A stretch of DNA of 64,000 nt from NCBI GenBank assembly GCA_050175015.1, contig JBFXJJ010000001.1, forward strand, positions 96,001 to 160,000, in the 5' to 3' direction. Below, piece after piece: positions 1 through 11,232 of the stretch (positions within the stretch are counted from its first letter, which is position 1; every line of letters starts with the position of its first letter). The notes below the pieces were generated by a model. That model saw nothing but the letters and a program-made list of their open reading frames with translations. It was not told the DNA's origin and made no database searches. The stretch comes from Alphaproteobacteria bacterium. Its GTDB lineage: Bacteria; Pseudomonadota; Alphaproteobacteria; JBFXJJ01. A program made the position numbers and the translations under genes.

Positions 1-142
1 ATCCATAAAGACCATATCTTATTAAGTCTTGGATATTGCCGAACCTGTTTTTAGAAAAATATGACCAGCAATCAAAGCTTTCAATATGATAGCCTTCTAT
101 CTTTTCTTCTGGAACTAAATTAAACAAACAAACTTTTTTCAT
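1..142 (-). CDS. 5' part of a gene running off the window (MKKVCLFNLVPEEKIEG...), probably part of the glycan cluster
   Basis: ATG at 142 overlapping the end of the flippase; frame open to the window edge. Confidence 0.4.
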   Translation of the reverse strand, partial: MKKVCLFNLVPEEKIEGYHIESFDCWSYFSKNRFGNIQDLIRYGLYG

Positions 143-1478
143 TTAATTTTCTTTTCAATGCTAAATAAACTACCGAAATTGAACATAACGCTAAAGATGC
201 CGAGCCTATTGTAGTTGCCCACGCAATTCCCTGTCCACCTAATAATGCCCCTAACTTAAATGATAAATAAGCCTGAATGGCAACAGAAATTATTGTTAAT
301 ATACTTATTGTACCATTCATTCGCATCGCAGCTAGAGCTTTGGTTCCCAAAATAGCAATTAGTGCAAAAGGAATCTGCATAAAATATGCCTTTTGAATTG
401 GACTGACAATAATGCTGGCTGCGTCATCAAAAGCCCCTCTTCTATAAAAAATAAAAATTATAAAATCTGATAAAAAGAATAAGACTGATGCTAGTGCTAA
501 ACCCGATAAAAACAAAATTACGGTTATTTTTTTAAGGCTATGCATACAATATGAAAAGTTCTTAGCTCCAATCATTGCAGAAAAATAGGGAAGAACTGTA
601 ATTCCAACTGCTGTTACTAATATTCCATAAATTGCGGTAGGAAGCCTGTAACCATAACCTAAGGCGGCTACCGTTCCGCTTGATAGGGAGGCGGCTATCG
701 ATCTTTCAATAAGCTGCCCTAAAGAAAAAACCACATATCCTGGTAATATCGCCAAAATCCCAATATAAATATCTTTCTTTATAACTTTGCCAAGCTTAAC
801 CAGAGCTATCATTTTATCTTTAATCAAAATAAGATTTAAAACAACAAACTCTAATGCGGTTCCAATTACTAATGCCCATACTAAAACTTCCCAAACAGTT
901 TTATCCATCTGGAAAAATATAATAAGTATGGCAACAATCGGCGTCGTTATAGGCAAGAGTCCATTGAGCCAGAAACGTCCCTGCGATTGCATAACGCCAT
1001 AAGCAAGCAGGTTAATTCCATTAAAGAAATAATATGGAATTAACAGGAATAAAGCCTTTTTTAATAACGTTATCTTCTCTGGGCTAAAGCCTGACGCTAA
1101 AAAAGGAAGTGTAAAATCTATTCCTGATATAAATAAAAATAAAGCAAGGGTTATAAAAATAAGACTTATTGCCAGAATAAAGCTATAGACTTCAGCCTGC
1201 ATTCTATGATTTTTAGTCGCCGATATTTGCGAAATCAAAATGGTCTGAGTCGAATTAATAATAACGCTTAAAGGAAAACCGATAATGACAAACGCTAGAA
1301 GATAAATATCTAAGTCTTCGCTTAAGCCAAAGGCATAGGCTACCACAACTTCTTTCAAAAACCCTATTATTTTAGCTAAAAGAGAGGCGTTAGCTGCAAC
1401 GATAGAGGAATAAGCAAGCGTTCTTAATGGTGATTTGCCTACAAATTTTTCTATTTTATCTTTTAAAACAGAAAGCAT
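120..1478 (-). CDS. MurJ/MviN-like (MOP family) flippase
   Basis: Many TM segments; N-terminal 'AKIIGFLKEVVVAYAFG...DIY' and 'RRGAFD' typical of MviN-like proteins; sits in a glycosyltransferase cluster. Confidence 0.8.
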   Translation of the reverse strand: MLSVLKDKIEKFVGKSPLRTLAYSSIVAANASLLAKIIGFLKEVVVAYAFGLSEDLDIYLLAFVIIGFPLSVIINSTQTILISQISATKNHRMQAEVYSFILAISLIFITLALFLFISGIDFTLPFLASGFSPEKITLLKKALFLLIPYYFFNGINLLAYGVMQSQGRFWLNGLLPITTPIVAILIIFFQMDKTVWEVLVWALVIGTALEFVVLNLILIKDKMIALVKLGKVIKKDIYIGILAILPGYVVFSLGQLIERSIAASLSSGTVAALGYGYRLPTAIYGILVTAVGITVLPYFSAMIGAKNFSYCMHSLKKITVILFLSGLALASVLFFLSDFIIFIFYRRGAFDDAASIIVSPIQKAYFMQIPFALIAILGTKALAAMRMNGTISILTIISVAIQAYLSFKLGALLGGQGIAWATTIGSASLALCSISVVYLALKRKLNEKSLFV

Positions 1479-2011
1479 TACATCTTATCACATTCAACAT
1501 TAAGACTAATCAAGGTTCCGTTTTCTTTATCCATATGAGGGATATAAGCTTGGGAGTAGTCATCGACATCAGCGTGTTCGGTCTTGCGCCAGTCATAAAG
1601 ACGGACATTACCAAAACCTGCATTCTCAAGTTCTTTTTTGAGCGATTTAAAATCAAAAATGTTATAGTGGATATTATAAAGGTAATCCTGTCTGCCAAAA
1701 ATTGGTCCCATCACCATATTGATGTCGTCATACTTTGTGTAGATTTCACATAGTTTTTTAAAATCTGGAACCGCAATTCTTAGAACTCCGCCTTTTTTCA
1801 TAACACGGCGCCATTCTTCTAAAACTCTTGGCAAATCTTTTCTTTTAAAATGTTCTAAAACGTGGCAGGTATATATTAATTCTACCGTTTCATCTTGAAT
1901 AAAAGAAAGAGTGTCAATCGTTGCAACGTGATCTATATGAGGATAGTCAACCGCATCAATATGAATAAAACCCTCAATAAACCTTTTTCCGCAGCCAAGA
2001 TGCAACTTCAT
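1478..2011 (-). CDS. Class I SAM-dependent methyltransferase-domain protein
   Basis: MKLHLGCG motif I, HVLEH, 'RVMKKGGVLRIAVPD'; start moved to ATG 2011 after an AGGAG RBS. Confidence 0.8.
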   Translation of the reverse strand: MKLHLGCGKRFIEGFIHIDAVDYPHIDHVATIDTLSFIQDETVELIYTCHVLEHFKRKDLPRVLEEWRRVMKKGGVLRIAVPDFKKLCEIYTKYDDINMVMGPIFGRQDYLYNIHYNIFDFKSLKKELENAGFGNVRLYDWRKTEHADVDDYSQAYIPHMDKENGTLISLNVECDKM

Positions 2012-2101
2012 TATTATATCTCCTAAATATTTAATCATAAATTTAGGAAAATATTACAAAACTAGGCTGGTAATGTAAATTGATATTTGGCAGCTTAAAA
2101 A

Positions 2102-3220
2102 TTAAATGCTCTGATAGTATTTATTATAATTATCGATACATTTTACCAATGAGTATTCATTTTTAATTCTGAGGACAGCCTTACTGCCAAAATCTGCATT
2201 TAGAGCTTTATCCGAAAGCTGCATAATTGCTTCTGCCATTTTTACGGGATCTTTAATAGGAACTGTTATTCCTGTATCTTTTACAATCTCTTTTGCATCG
2301 CCAACATCTGTGGTTACGCAAGGAACTCCACAAGCCATCGCCTCCCCAAGAACATTAGGAAAGCCTTCACCAAAAATTGATGACAAACAAAGAACGTCAA
2401 AAGCTCCATAGATTAATGACAGATCCAAACATTCTCCTAAAAGAAAGGTTTTATTCGATAGTTTAGAATTTTCTATTTCGTTTTTTAAATCTAAATTATC
2501 GTTATCGACACCTTTGCCAATAAGAACAAAAACCGCATTGGGCAGTTGTTGAGATACAATCTCACAAGCCTTAACAAAACTAAAATGGTCTTTCATAGGA
2601 TCAAAACGGGCAATATGACCAATAATAAAAGCATCATCTGCAAGTTTTAAATCTGTTTTAAGCTTGGCTTGTGCTTTTTCTCTCGTTTGATACTTTGCCA
2701 TATCAAAACCATTGGGAAAATATATCCAGTTGCTATTTTTATAGCCTATTTTCTGGTGAAATGCTTTGCCAGAATATGAATTAAAGATTATCGCTTCAGG
2801 ATAATGTGATAAAAAGACTAAAGCTTTTAAAATAATTTTAGAAATTAAGCTGTATTTGCTCATATCCATATTGGAACAACGGATATTCCATAAAATATGC
2901 TTGATACCGCATAACTTTCCGACAATAAGTCCCAAGAAATCGGCGTGATAAAGCCACGTCTGTAAAATATCAGGCTTTTCTTTCTTTAGAATTGATATAA
3001 GATTTAAAACAGGTTTCAAAGAAAGTGATTTTTTCTTCATATTAAGAGTATAAACTTTAACACCTAAATCTTCCAATTTACTGCCAAAAACACCTTTGTC
3101 CATCATACTTATAACAATATGAGTAAGCTCTTTATTATCAGAATTCGAAGCGAAATTAAAAAGAGTCTTTTCGGCTCCTCCCGTATTCAAACCCGTAATT
3201 AAATGTATTACTTTTTTCAT
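2102..3220 (-). CDS. Glycosyltransferase family 4 (GT-B)
   Basis: GGAE N-terminal motif; EGFPNVLGEAMACG (Ex7E); TDVGD. Confidence 0.9.
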   Translation of the reverse strand: MKKVIHLITGLNTGGAEKTLFNFASNSDNKELTHIVISMMDKGVFGSKLEDLGVKVYTLNMKKKSLSLKPVLNLISILKKEKPDILQTWLYHADFLGLIVGKLCGIKHILWNIRCSNMDMSKYSLISKIILKALVFLSHYPEAIIFNSYSGKAFHQKIGYKNSNWIYFPNGFDMAKYQTREKAQAKLKTDLKLADDAFIIGHIARFDPMKDHFSFVKACEIVSQQLPNAVFVLIGKGVDNDNLDLKNEIENSKLSNKTFLLGECLDLSLIYGAFDVLCLSSIFGEGFPNVLGEAMACGVPCVTTDVGDAKEIVKDTGITVPIKDPVKMAEAIMQLSDKALNADFGSKAVLRIKNEYSLVKCIDNYNKYYQSI

Positions 3221-3456
3221 TATAAAAGTTCACAGTGAATCTAAATTGGAAAAAAAATGCTTAAATCAAATTTGAAATATATAACAAATAGAACAAATAT
3301 TAAAACAAATTTTTACTAAAATCTTATATCGCGCACATAATAGAAGCTCCTGAGCAGAAACTTATCTAAGAAGTGGGACTTTGAGCAAAGCTTTAGCCTA
3401 ACACTCTAGAGGTATATGTTTATTAACTTGTATAAATGGGAATAATTTTTTCGGTT

Positions 3457-4419
3457 TTATTTTAAAAATTGATTGATAGCTGTAATAATCGCAGGTCCTA
3501 AAATAATGATAAATAAGACAGGAAGAAAAAACAAAATCATTGGAACTGTAAGTTTTGCAGGTAGAGAACCCGCTTTTTTTTCAGCAAAAGACATTCTGCT
3601 CTCGCGGCTTTCTTGAGACACAACTCTTAAAGCCGTAGCAAGCGGAGTTCCATATTTTTCTGATTGAACAAGAGCTGTTGCTAAAGATCTTGCGGCTTGC
3701 AATCCTGTTCTTTTAAAAAGATTTTCGTAAGCCGTCCTTCTTTCTGGCAAAAAGGAAAGCTCAGCCGAAGTAAGGGCTATTTCTTCTGCTAATGCTGGTG
3801 AAGTTTCGATTAAATCATTAGATACTCTGACAAAAGATGCTTCAGCAGAAAGACCCGCCTCAACGCATATTAACAATAAATCCAAGGCATCAGGAAAAGC
3901 TCTTTTCAACTCCTGTTGTCTTTTCTGGATATTATTACTAATTAATGTCCCAGGTATATAAAAACCAATCGCCCCAGCTAGCATTAATAACAATAATTTA
4001 GGAAAAAAAGATATTTTTAAAATTATCATAAGAAAGAAAACTAATGAAAAAGGAAGAGCAATTCTTATAAACATAAAGGTAATAACTGCAGATTGATTTC
4101 TAATACCTGCTTGGACAAGTTTTTCCTTTATTTCTCTGGTAGTATTTTGATTTTGAAGTTTTAGGTAATCCAAAATATTACTCATAAAACTAACTTGGCT
4201 GCTCTTTTTTTGCCGCAAGGTTTTTTGTTCAGCTAATCGTTCTATTTGTTGTTTTTGAAGCTCTTCTCGTTTAAGGGCTACACTTTTTAACCTTGCCGAA
4301 ACTTTGTCTTTATTAAACAACGGCTCAACCAAAGCTAAAAGCGTTACTAACCCGCCTAGCAAAGCCAAAACAACCGTTAAAATGTTTAAAATTTCATTGT
4401 TCATAATCTTAAAAATCAA
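3457..4419 (-). CDS. tadC: Tad pilus assembly protein TadC (T2SSF family)
   Basis: FPDALDLLLICVEAG; QSEKYGTP; KLTVPMILFFLP; Tad operon context. Confidence 0.92.
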   Translation of the reverse strand: MIFKIMNNEILNILTVVLALLGGLVTLLALVEPLFNKDKVSARLKSVALKREELQKQQIERLAEQKTLRQKKSSQVSFMSNILDYLKLQNQNTTREIKEKLVQAGIRNQSAVITFMFIRIALPFSLVFFLMIILKISFFPKLLLLMLAGAIGFYIPGTLISNNIQKRQQELKRAFPDALDLLLICVEAGLSAEASFVRVSNDLIETSPALAEEIALTSAELSFLPERRTAYENLFKRTGLQAARSLATALVQSEKYGTPLATALRVVSQESRESRMSFAEKKAGSLPAKLTVPMILFFLPVLFIIILGPAIITAINQFLK

Positions 4420-5377
4420 AATTTATCATATTTTTCATAACTAAAGTGCCGATTATCATCCAAATAGCACCACAAATCAGCATAACATGTCCTATAGTTT
4501 CTTCGAAAAGAATGCCAACATAATCAGGAGCAATTATCTTTAAAATAACTATCATAAAAAAAGGAAGAGAGCCAATTATCATTGCCGAAGCTTTAGCTTC
4601 GCTTGATAAGGCTTGGATTTTATCTTTCATCTTTTTGCGTCCACGCAAAACATCTGAGAGTTTTTCAAGCGTTTCTGCAAGATTACCACCAGTTTGTTGT
4701 TGAATAGTAATAACAACAGAGAAAAAACGAAAATCATCAGTTGGCATTCTTTCTAATGCTCTTTGCATAATTTCATTTATTGTAAGCCCTATTTTCTGCC
4801 CTTCAACAATCAATCTAAATTCCTGACCTACAGGATCTGGCATTTCCTTGCCTATCATTTTGATACATTCACCAACAGGAAGACCAGACCGAATACCTCT
4901 AACAATTATATCTATGGCATCGGCAAAATTACTGGTAAAAGCTTTTTGTCTTTTAAAACATCTTTTTTTCAAATATCTTTTTGGAAATCCGAAAGTCGAA
5001 TAGAACCATATTAAACAAGCAACAAAACTAAAACCTTTGATTGCTACCCATAAACCTGTTACTAACAGACCAAATAATATTGAAAGAAGCCAAAAATGCA
5101 AAGGGGATATTTTTAAATTCGCCTGCATCAAAAGACTTTTTATTGAATGCTTACTGTTTGGCTTTTGGGTGTCTTCTAATTGTTTTAGATTATCTTGAAT
5201 TTTTTTACGCCGATAACTATTAGTATCAAATACCTTATCATCTTTGACATTTTTTTTGCCCACTATTATTTCTAGACGTTTTTGCAAATTTTGCTGTTTA
5301 TCATATTTGTTAGCAAGCAAAAAAGTGATACCAAATATAGCAATAATCGTTATTAAAAATGTTAAAAGATAAAACAT
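4409..5377 (-). CDS. tadB: Tad pilus assembly protein TadB
   Basis: DAIDIIVRGIRSGLP; QQQTGGNLAE; SSEAKASA. Confidence 0.92.
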   Translation of the reverse strand: MFYLLTFLITIIAIFGITFLLANKYDKQQNLQKRLEIIVGKKNVKDDKVFDTNSYRRKKIQDNLKQLEDTQKPNSKHSIKSLLMQANLKISPLHFWLLSILFGLLVTGLWVAIKGFSFVACLIWFYSTFGFPKRYLKKRCFKRQKAFTSNFADAIDIIVRGIRSGLPVGECIKMIGKEMPDPVGQEFRLIVEGQKIGLTINEIMQRALERMPTDDFRFFSVVITIQQQTGGNLAETLEKLSDVLRGRKKMKDKIQALSSEAKASAMIIGSLPFFMIVILKIIAPDYVGILFEETIGHVMLICGAIWMIIGTLVMKNMINFDF

Positions 5378-5378
5378 T

Positions 5379-6803
5379 CTATATTCCTGATTGATTAAGG
5401 GCTTCTGCTAATTTTAATTCTAGTCCAAAATACTTCGCACTATCCCAAAACTTTGGTTTGATACCTGTTGCCACATGCCTGCCAAATATTTTTCCGTTTT
5501 CATCTTCTCCTTGGATTTCATATACAAATATATCCTGCAGAACGACAACCTCACCCTCCATGCCTACGACTTCAGTTATATGAGTGATTTTTCTTGAACC
5601 GTCTCTAAGTCTAGCCGCTTGAATAATAACATTTACCGCTCCTGCTATTTGTTCACGAACAGCTTTAGTCGGCATATTAAAACCACCCATAGCAATCATA
5701 TTCTCGATACGTGAAATTGCTTCTCGTGGATTATTAGCGTGAATAGTTCCCATTGACCCATCATGACCAGTATTCATAGCTTGGAGCAAATCAAAAGCTT
5801 CTGGTCCACGAACTTCGCCCACAACAATTCTTTCTGGACGCATACGCAGACAGTTTCTTACTAAATCACGCATAGTGATTTCACCTGCTCCTTCAAGATT
5901 AGGAGGACGAGTTTCAAGCCTAACAACGTGAGGCTGTTGTAACTGGAGTTCCGCAGAATCCTCACAAGTAATGGTTCGTTCTTTGGGGTCAATAAAACTG
6001 GTTAGAGCATTTAAGAGTGTCGTTTTGCCGCTGCCTGTTCCTCCAGAAATAATAGTATTAATGCGGCTTGCCCCAATAACCTCCAAAAGAGTTGCTCCCT
6101 GCTTAGTTATTGAGCCAAACTCAACCAAATTTTTGAGTTTCAATTTGTCTTTTTTAAATTTACGAATAGTAAGTGTTGGGCCATCAATGGACAATGGCGG
6201 AGCAATAACGTTGACACGAGAACCGTCCAAAAGCCTAGCGTCACAAATAGGATTAGCTTCATCAACACGTCTTCCGACAGCACTAACAATACGTTGACAG
6301 ATGTTCATTAGCTGGGCATTGTCACGAAAGTTTATATTCGTTAATTCAATTTTGCCATTGGTTTCAATGTAAACTTTGCCCGCACCGTTAACCATAATGT
6401 CAGCAATATCATCTCTTTCTAAAAGCGGTTCTAAAGGCCCTAGGCCTAAAACATCATTACAGATATCAACAATAACCTGATTTTGTTCAGCAGCACTCAA
6501 AACAAAAGAGCGCATACTTATAATTTCAGAAACGATATCAGATATTTCTTCTCTTACCTGCTCTTGATTAAGTTTGGCAAGATCAACAAGATCAACTGAA
6601 TTTATAAGATCGGAAAAAACGCTGATTTTGATTTCACTAAGCCTATTATCTATTTTAATCTTAGAACTTTCATTATTATCGATAACAATAGATGGTTCTA
6701 CTGGGTTTTTTTCCTCTTCTAATAAGACAATATCTTTCTTTTCGTCATCAATCGGCGATATTTTTTTTACTTTCTCTGGCGCTTCTTTTCGTTTTCCGAA
6801 CAT
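5379..6803 (-). CDS. cpaF: Pilus assembly ATPase CpaF/TadA
   Basis: Walker [10 protein letters not shown]; [15 protein letters not shown]; [16 protein letters not shown]. Confidence 0.97.
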   Translation of the reverse strand: MFGKRKEAPEKVKKISPIDDEKKDIVLLEEEKNPVEPSIVIDNNESSKIKIDNRLSEIKISVFSDLINSVDLVDLAKLNQEQVREEISDIVSEIISMRSFVLSAAEQNQVIVDICNDVLGLGPLEPLLERDDIADIMVNGAGKVYIETNGKIELTNINFRDNAQLMNICQRIVSAVGRRVDEANPICDARLLDGSRVNVIAPPLSIDGPTLTIRKFKKDKLKLKNLVEFGSITKQGATLLEVIGASRINTIISGGTGSGKTTLLNALTSFIDPKERTITCEDSAELQLQQPHVVRLETRPPNLEGAGEITMRDLVRNCLRMRPERIVVGEVRGPEAFDLLQAMNTGHDGSMGTIHANNPREAISRIENMIAMGGFNMPTKAVREQIAGAVNVIIQAARLRDGSRKITHITEVVGMEGEVVVLQDIFVYEIQGEDENGKIFGRHVATGIKPKFWDSAKYFGLELKLAEALNQSGI

Positions 6804-6811
6804 CTTTTAAA

Positions 6812-8023
6812 TCACATTTTTTTAATAGGTGTTTTCAACCATTTTAACAAAGTATTGATTTTTGTTTCTTGTTGTTTTTCTATTTTTATATCCCAACCAG
6901 ATATTTTACTGGTAAGCTCTTTTAAAAGCAAACTAGTATCATTGTTAGGATCCATCTCGCAAATCATTTGCCCGTTATTATTGGCTTCGCCAAAGACATC
7001 AGGAACATAAGGCATTGTCATTAAGGGCTGCACACCCAAAGTTTCACTGAAATCTTTTTCTGAAAGCTGCGTCTTTCTATTAGAATCATATTGATTGAAA
7101 ACCAACTTGAAAGGTTTCTTTTCTCTAGTTTTATCAATAATATCCTTAATGTTTTTAATGTTTCTAAAACTGGTAAGATCTGGAGTTGCAACGATAACAG
7201 CTTCATCAGAATCAATTAAGGTTTGATATATCCAAGCTTCATAGTTATGGGGCAAATCAAGAATAACGATATCAGCCATCTGACGAAGCATATCAATAAT
7301 CTTATCTAAAACTTCAATACTTATCTTAACATTATTAGAAAAATTAGCTGGAGAACCTAATATCATAAGATAATCGTCGTAATGTATCATAATCTTTTCA
7401 AGCAAATCTTGATCCAGCCTATTAGGCTGCATAATAGCATCAACAATAGTTTGCTTAACATCAAGATTGAAAGCAAAGGCTGCTGTTCCAAAAAAGATGT
7501 CTGTATCAACTAAAATAACATCATCTTTTTTCTCGTGGCTTAGTATCCAAGCAACATTATGAGCAAGGCAACTGGAACCAACTCCTCCTCTTGCACCATA
7601 AAAACTGATAAGCTTACCTTTAGGCATAGAATCTGGTCTTGAAAAAACCGTTTCTATTCTATTAATTAAATCATCAAAAGAAAGAGGATACGTGAAATAT
7701 TCGGTAACACCTTCAGAAATAAGTTTACGATATAAATTTATGTCATTTAATTTGCCAACAATAATAACTTTGGTGTTGGGTGAACAAAATTCTGCAAACT
7801 TCTCAAGATAAGAAAGCATTTTGTTATCATCTTCTTCTTTTTCTTCTAAAATAACTAAATCAGGAGTTTCTTTATCTTTGTAATATTCAACCGCAGCAAT
7901 AAGCCCGCCTTTATGAAAATTAATTGTTGAATATGATAACAATTTATTTTTATGAGCTTTTTCTACTTCTAACTTTGTTTGTTCGTTCAAATAAAAAACA
8001 TCTATTTTTAATCGTAATATCAC
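6812..8023 (-). CDS. cpaE: Pilus assembly protein CpaE/TadZ (atypical REC + MinD-like ATPase)
   Basis: GARGGVGSS deviant Walker A; N-terminal receiver-like 'PDLVILE'; operon position. Confidence 0.92.
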   Translation of the reverse strand: MILRLKIDVFYLNEQTKLEVEKAHKNKLLSYSTINFHKGGLIAAVEYYKDKETPDLVILEEKEEDDNKMLSYLEKFAEFCSPNTKVIIVGKLNDINLYRKLISEGVTEYFTYPLSFDDLINRIETVFSRPDSMPKGKLISFYGARGGVGSSCLAHNVAWILSHEKKDDVILVDTDIFFGTAAFAFNLDVKQTIVDAIMQPNRLDQDLLEKIMIHYDDYLMILGSPANFSNNVKISIEVLDKIIDMLRQMADIVILDLPHNYEAWIYQTLIDSDEAVIVATPDLTSFRNIKNIKDIIDKTREKKPFKLVFNQYDSNRKTQLSEKDFSETLGVQPLMTMPYVPDVFGEANNNGQMICEMDPNNDTSLLLKELTSKISGWDIKIEKQQETKINTLLKWLKTPIKKM

Positions 8024-8046
8024 TTTTGGTTTGTCCTGTTAAATTT

Positions 8047-8688
8047 TTAATTTATTAAAGAAGCCTCTACTTCTGACTCTGAATTAGTCTCTTCTCCTGC
8101 CTCATATTTCCTTATGATTGTCTCTCCTCTAACCGCTGAACGAGGTGAGCTTGGTCTTTGTTCAATTAAATCTTTAGGATTAGAAACCATTAAACCAATA
8201 TTGTGCTGCGTGGCACAGCCAAAATTAGGGTGCTGAAGATTAGGATTATATGATTCCCACCTTCCGCAATCAGGCAATTTGGCGTTATATATAATAAATT
8301 TAATATATGAATACTTTGTTTTTTCTAACGATTGAGATTCTACTGGCAATAAATTAAGTATTATTTTTTCTGATGTTATGCCTTGTTCTTCAAGAACTTC
8401 AGCAAGTTTAGCCGCCTTTAGATAAGCTGCGCTATCAGATTCACCTGAGACAAACGTTGTAAAAACCTCAATATTGCCATCACCTTTGGTAAGATAATCC
8501 TTAATATTGGTTTCAATTTTGGCAACCGATTGCTCGCTTATCTCTCCATTTTCGTTAATATCAATTTTGAGCGTGACTTCATTAGGCTCAACTGTGATAG
8601 GATGTTCCGTGCGATAATCATAGATATTCTTACAAGAAGCACTAAGAAAAATTATAAATATCAGCATAAATACTTTTGAGTTTTTCAT
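8047..8688 (-). CDS. cpaD: Pilus assembly lipoprotein CpaD
   Basis: Lipobox LSASC; NFGCATQHNIGLMVSNPKDL motif. Confidence 0.88.
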   Translation of the reverse strand: MKNSKVFMLIFIIFLSASCKNIYDYRTEHPITVEPNEVTLKIDINENGEISEQSVAKIETNIKDYLTKGDGNIEVFTTFVSGESDSAAYLKAAKLAEVLEEQGITSEKIILNLLPVESQSLEKTKYSYIKFIIYNAKLPDCGRWESYNPNLQHPNFGCATQHNIGLMVSNPKDLIEQRPSSPRSAVRGETIIRKYEAGEETNSESEVEASLIN

Positions 8689-8699
8689 AAACAGCTCCT

Positions 8700-10262
8700 T
8701 TAACGCATACTATAACCAATAGGACCCTTTAACGCACCCTTTATCAGTTTGCTATTTTTATCGCGATAGGTCTTATATAAACCGCCAAGCAAGAGTCTGT
8801 TTAGGTCCCCGGCTGGAACAAAGCCATCTGACGGGCTGGCAAATTCATTTTCGCTTCTAGGTTCAACAATGTAACCGCTAATTGTAACAACCAATTCTGT
8901 TTCATTTTTACGGAAGGACTGCGAACGAAACAACGCTCCCAAAATAGGAATGTTCTGAATACCTGGAACTCCTCCCGAATTATTTATCGTATCATTCTGT
9001 AGAAGCCCACCTATCATTAAACTTCCGCCGCTTGGAATTTCTACGGTTGTTCCAAATCTTCTGGTATTCATAGTAGGAACCGTTGCTCCAGATATAACTT
9101 CTAAATCAGCAATAGAACTTACTTCTGTTGAAAGTTTAAGACTAATCCTGCCAGAACTTAAAATAACAGGAGTAAAAGCAAGACTTATACCATACGGTTT
9201 AAAAGTGAAGGTTACATTTCCCTCTTGATCAAAAACAGGAATTGGATACTCGCCGCCAGCTAGGAGATCTGCTTTCTCTCCAGAAACCGCCGTTAGGTTT
9301 GGTTCCGCAAGAGTTTTTATTAATCCTTGGGTTTCAAGAGCCTGCATAACGGCACTGAAACTTCCTTTGCTGAGGGTAGCACCATAAAGAGAATTAACAC
9401 CAAGTCCACCAGCAGATAAGCCTGTATTTGTTACTCCAGCCCAATTTAAAAGCCAACTATTTTTATTTTGATTAAAACTGGTATTCAAGCCAAACTCTTT
9501 AAGAACGCTTCTCTGCATCTCAGCAACACGAACTTTTAATAAAACCTGCTGTTCATCTTTAATCCCAAGCATATTAACAATTTTTTCAGTTGTAACAAAG
9601 TTATTAGCAACTTGAATAACGTTTTTAGCAATAGCGTCAGAACTTACAGAACCTGAAATTACCAAACTATCTTTGGTTGATAGAACGTCGATTTTTTCTT
9701 CAGGAAAAAGTTTTTTATAAATACCAGCTAAAGATTCAGAACTAACATTAACGCTAACATTAAATCTCGTCAGAATTTTACTGCTGCCATCAAGTAAAAT
9801 AACATTAGTATCGCCAATGCCTGTGCCATTTAAATAAGCCAGATTTTTATTAACAATTTTAATATCAGCAACAGCAGGGTTGGCAATAATAATCTCTCTA
9901 GTTTCGGGATTGATATTAATGACTTCTGAGTTACCAACGGCAATATTTAAAGCTATCGCATTCTTTGAAGAATCCTGTTGTAATTGAACTTTGCGGTTTA
10001 TTTTTTTATACGGAGCCTTCTGACTATTGAGAATAAGATTTAAGTCGCTGTCCAAAATTATACTTTTAGCATCTTGCAAAGAACCTTCTTCAATCTTAAT
10101 AGAGGGGTGAGCTTTTGGTTTAATCTTAGCTTCTTCAGATTCTTCGTTGTTTGATTTTAACTTTGAAAAAAAGCTAAAAAAACCGCCTTCTGACTCTGCA
10201 AAAGCACAGGGACTAAACAAAAAGCTTAACAACAAAGCTATTAATAAAATTTTGTTTTTCAT
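8700..10262 (-). CDS. cpaC: Secretin CpaC/RcpA
   Basis: Signal peptide; AEPNLTAVSGEKADLLAGGEYPIP; IPILGALFRS; ETELVV. Confidence 0.95.
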   Translation of the reverse strand: MKNKILLIALLLSFLFSPCAFAESEGGFFSFFSKLKSNNEESEEAKIKPKAHPSIKIEEGSLQDAKSIILDSDLNLILNSQKAPYKKINRKVQLQQDSSKNAIALNIAVGNSEVININPETREIIIANPAVADIKIVNKNLAYLNGTGIGDTNVILLDGSSKILTRFNVSVNVSSESLAGIYKKLFPEEKIDVLSTKDSLVISGSVSSDAIAKNVIQVANNFVTTEKIVNMLGIKDEQQVLLKVRVAEMQRSVLKEFGLNTSFNQNKNSWLLNWAGVTNTGLSAGGLGVNSLYGATLSKGSFSAVMQALETQGLIKTLAEPNLTAVSGEKADLLAGGEYPIPVFDQEGNVTFTFKPYGISLAFTPVILSSGRISLKLSTEVSSIADLEVISGATVPTMNTRRFGTTVEIPSGGSLMIGGLLQNDTINNSGGVPGIQNIPILGALFRSQSFRKNETELVVTISGYIVEPRSENEFASPSDGFVPAGDLNRLLLGGLYKTYRDKNSKLIKGALKGPIGYSMR

Positions 10263-10278
10263 TATGACTCCATTGAAT

Positions 10279-11178
10279 TTATTGAGTAATAATTTCTTTA
10301 CCGCGATAAATCTTTATATTGTTATTATTAGAAACAGGAGCTTTTTTAATTTCGTTTTTTACAAAACTTCCTCTTATCATCGCACTTAGAAGATTACTTG
10401 CATCTAAATCGCCAGTAAAAGCTTTATTTTGGTAAACGTTTTCTTCCTTAACTAAAGGCCTTAAAACAAAAGTAAGATCACCCATCTTTTGAGCTACAGC
10501 CAAAATTTCAGCTTCTTGAGGTGTAACCTCAAGAGTAAGACTTTTTGCCGTAGTTTTCTTCTTATCTTTTGCGGTCTCTTCTTTTTCTTTAGTTTTTGTC
10601 ATTTTACTATCAACAGCTAAAACTTTTATACTTGTTAAAATCGTTTCGCTAAAATTCTTATAAGCTAGAGCTCCTTGCTTTTGCTGCTCAACATTTTGCC
10701 CCACTAGACGACCAACTAAAACAACATCAACCAGATCTCCTGGAGAAATAAAACCTGTCATTCCGGATTGTAAAGAAACAGGCACGCCATAAGCTCTTTT
10801 GCCAGTAGCAATCATTCCCGACATAACGCTGGATTTTTCGGGATTAAACGTTCTTTGCTTTATAATAATCTCGTTTTCAAAAAAATCTGTTTTAGCAACC
10901 CGCCCTATAAAATAATCAAATTTATCTTTTTCACCGCCAGATATAAAATCACTGCCAACACTTTTTTTAGGCCAATCCTGCCACCTGATGTCATTATCTT
11001 TTATAGTTTCTCCTGCGGCTATATTCCTATTTGCAACCAAGACTTTCTCTATAGAGCTAGAAATGGTTTTTTCTCTTGATATATCTTGGTTTTGTTTGAT
11101 TGCTTTACGAGCCATCAAAGCTGCAGCACCAGAAAAAACAATTGCTAATAAAATTAAAATAAAAGTAATAGGTCTCAT
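10279..11178 (-). CDS. cpaB: Flp pilus assembly protein CpaB/RcpC
   Basis: SAF-like N-domain; GFISPGDLVDV; TLEVTPQEAE. Confidence 0.92.
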   Translation of the reverse strand: MRPITFILILLAIVFSGAAALMARKAIKQNQDISREKTISSSIEKVLVANRNIAAGETIKDNDIRWQDWPKKSVGSDFISGGEKDKFDYFIGRVAKTDFFENEIIIKQRTFNPEKSSVMSGMIATGKRAYGVPVSLQSGMTGFISPGDLVDVVLVGRLVGQNVEQQKQGALAYKNFSETILTSIKVLAVDSKMTKTKEKEETAKDKKKTTAKSLTLEVTPQEAEILAVAQKMGDLTFVLRPLVKEENVYQNKAFTGDLDASNLLSAMIRGSFVKNEIKKAPVSNNNNIKIYRGKEIITQ

Positions 11179-11232
11179 TAACTATGGTTCCTAAAATTTA
11201 AAACGAGTATGGATAATATAGTCTTTAATCAA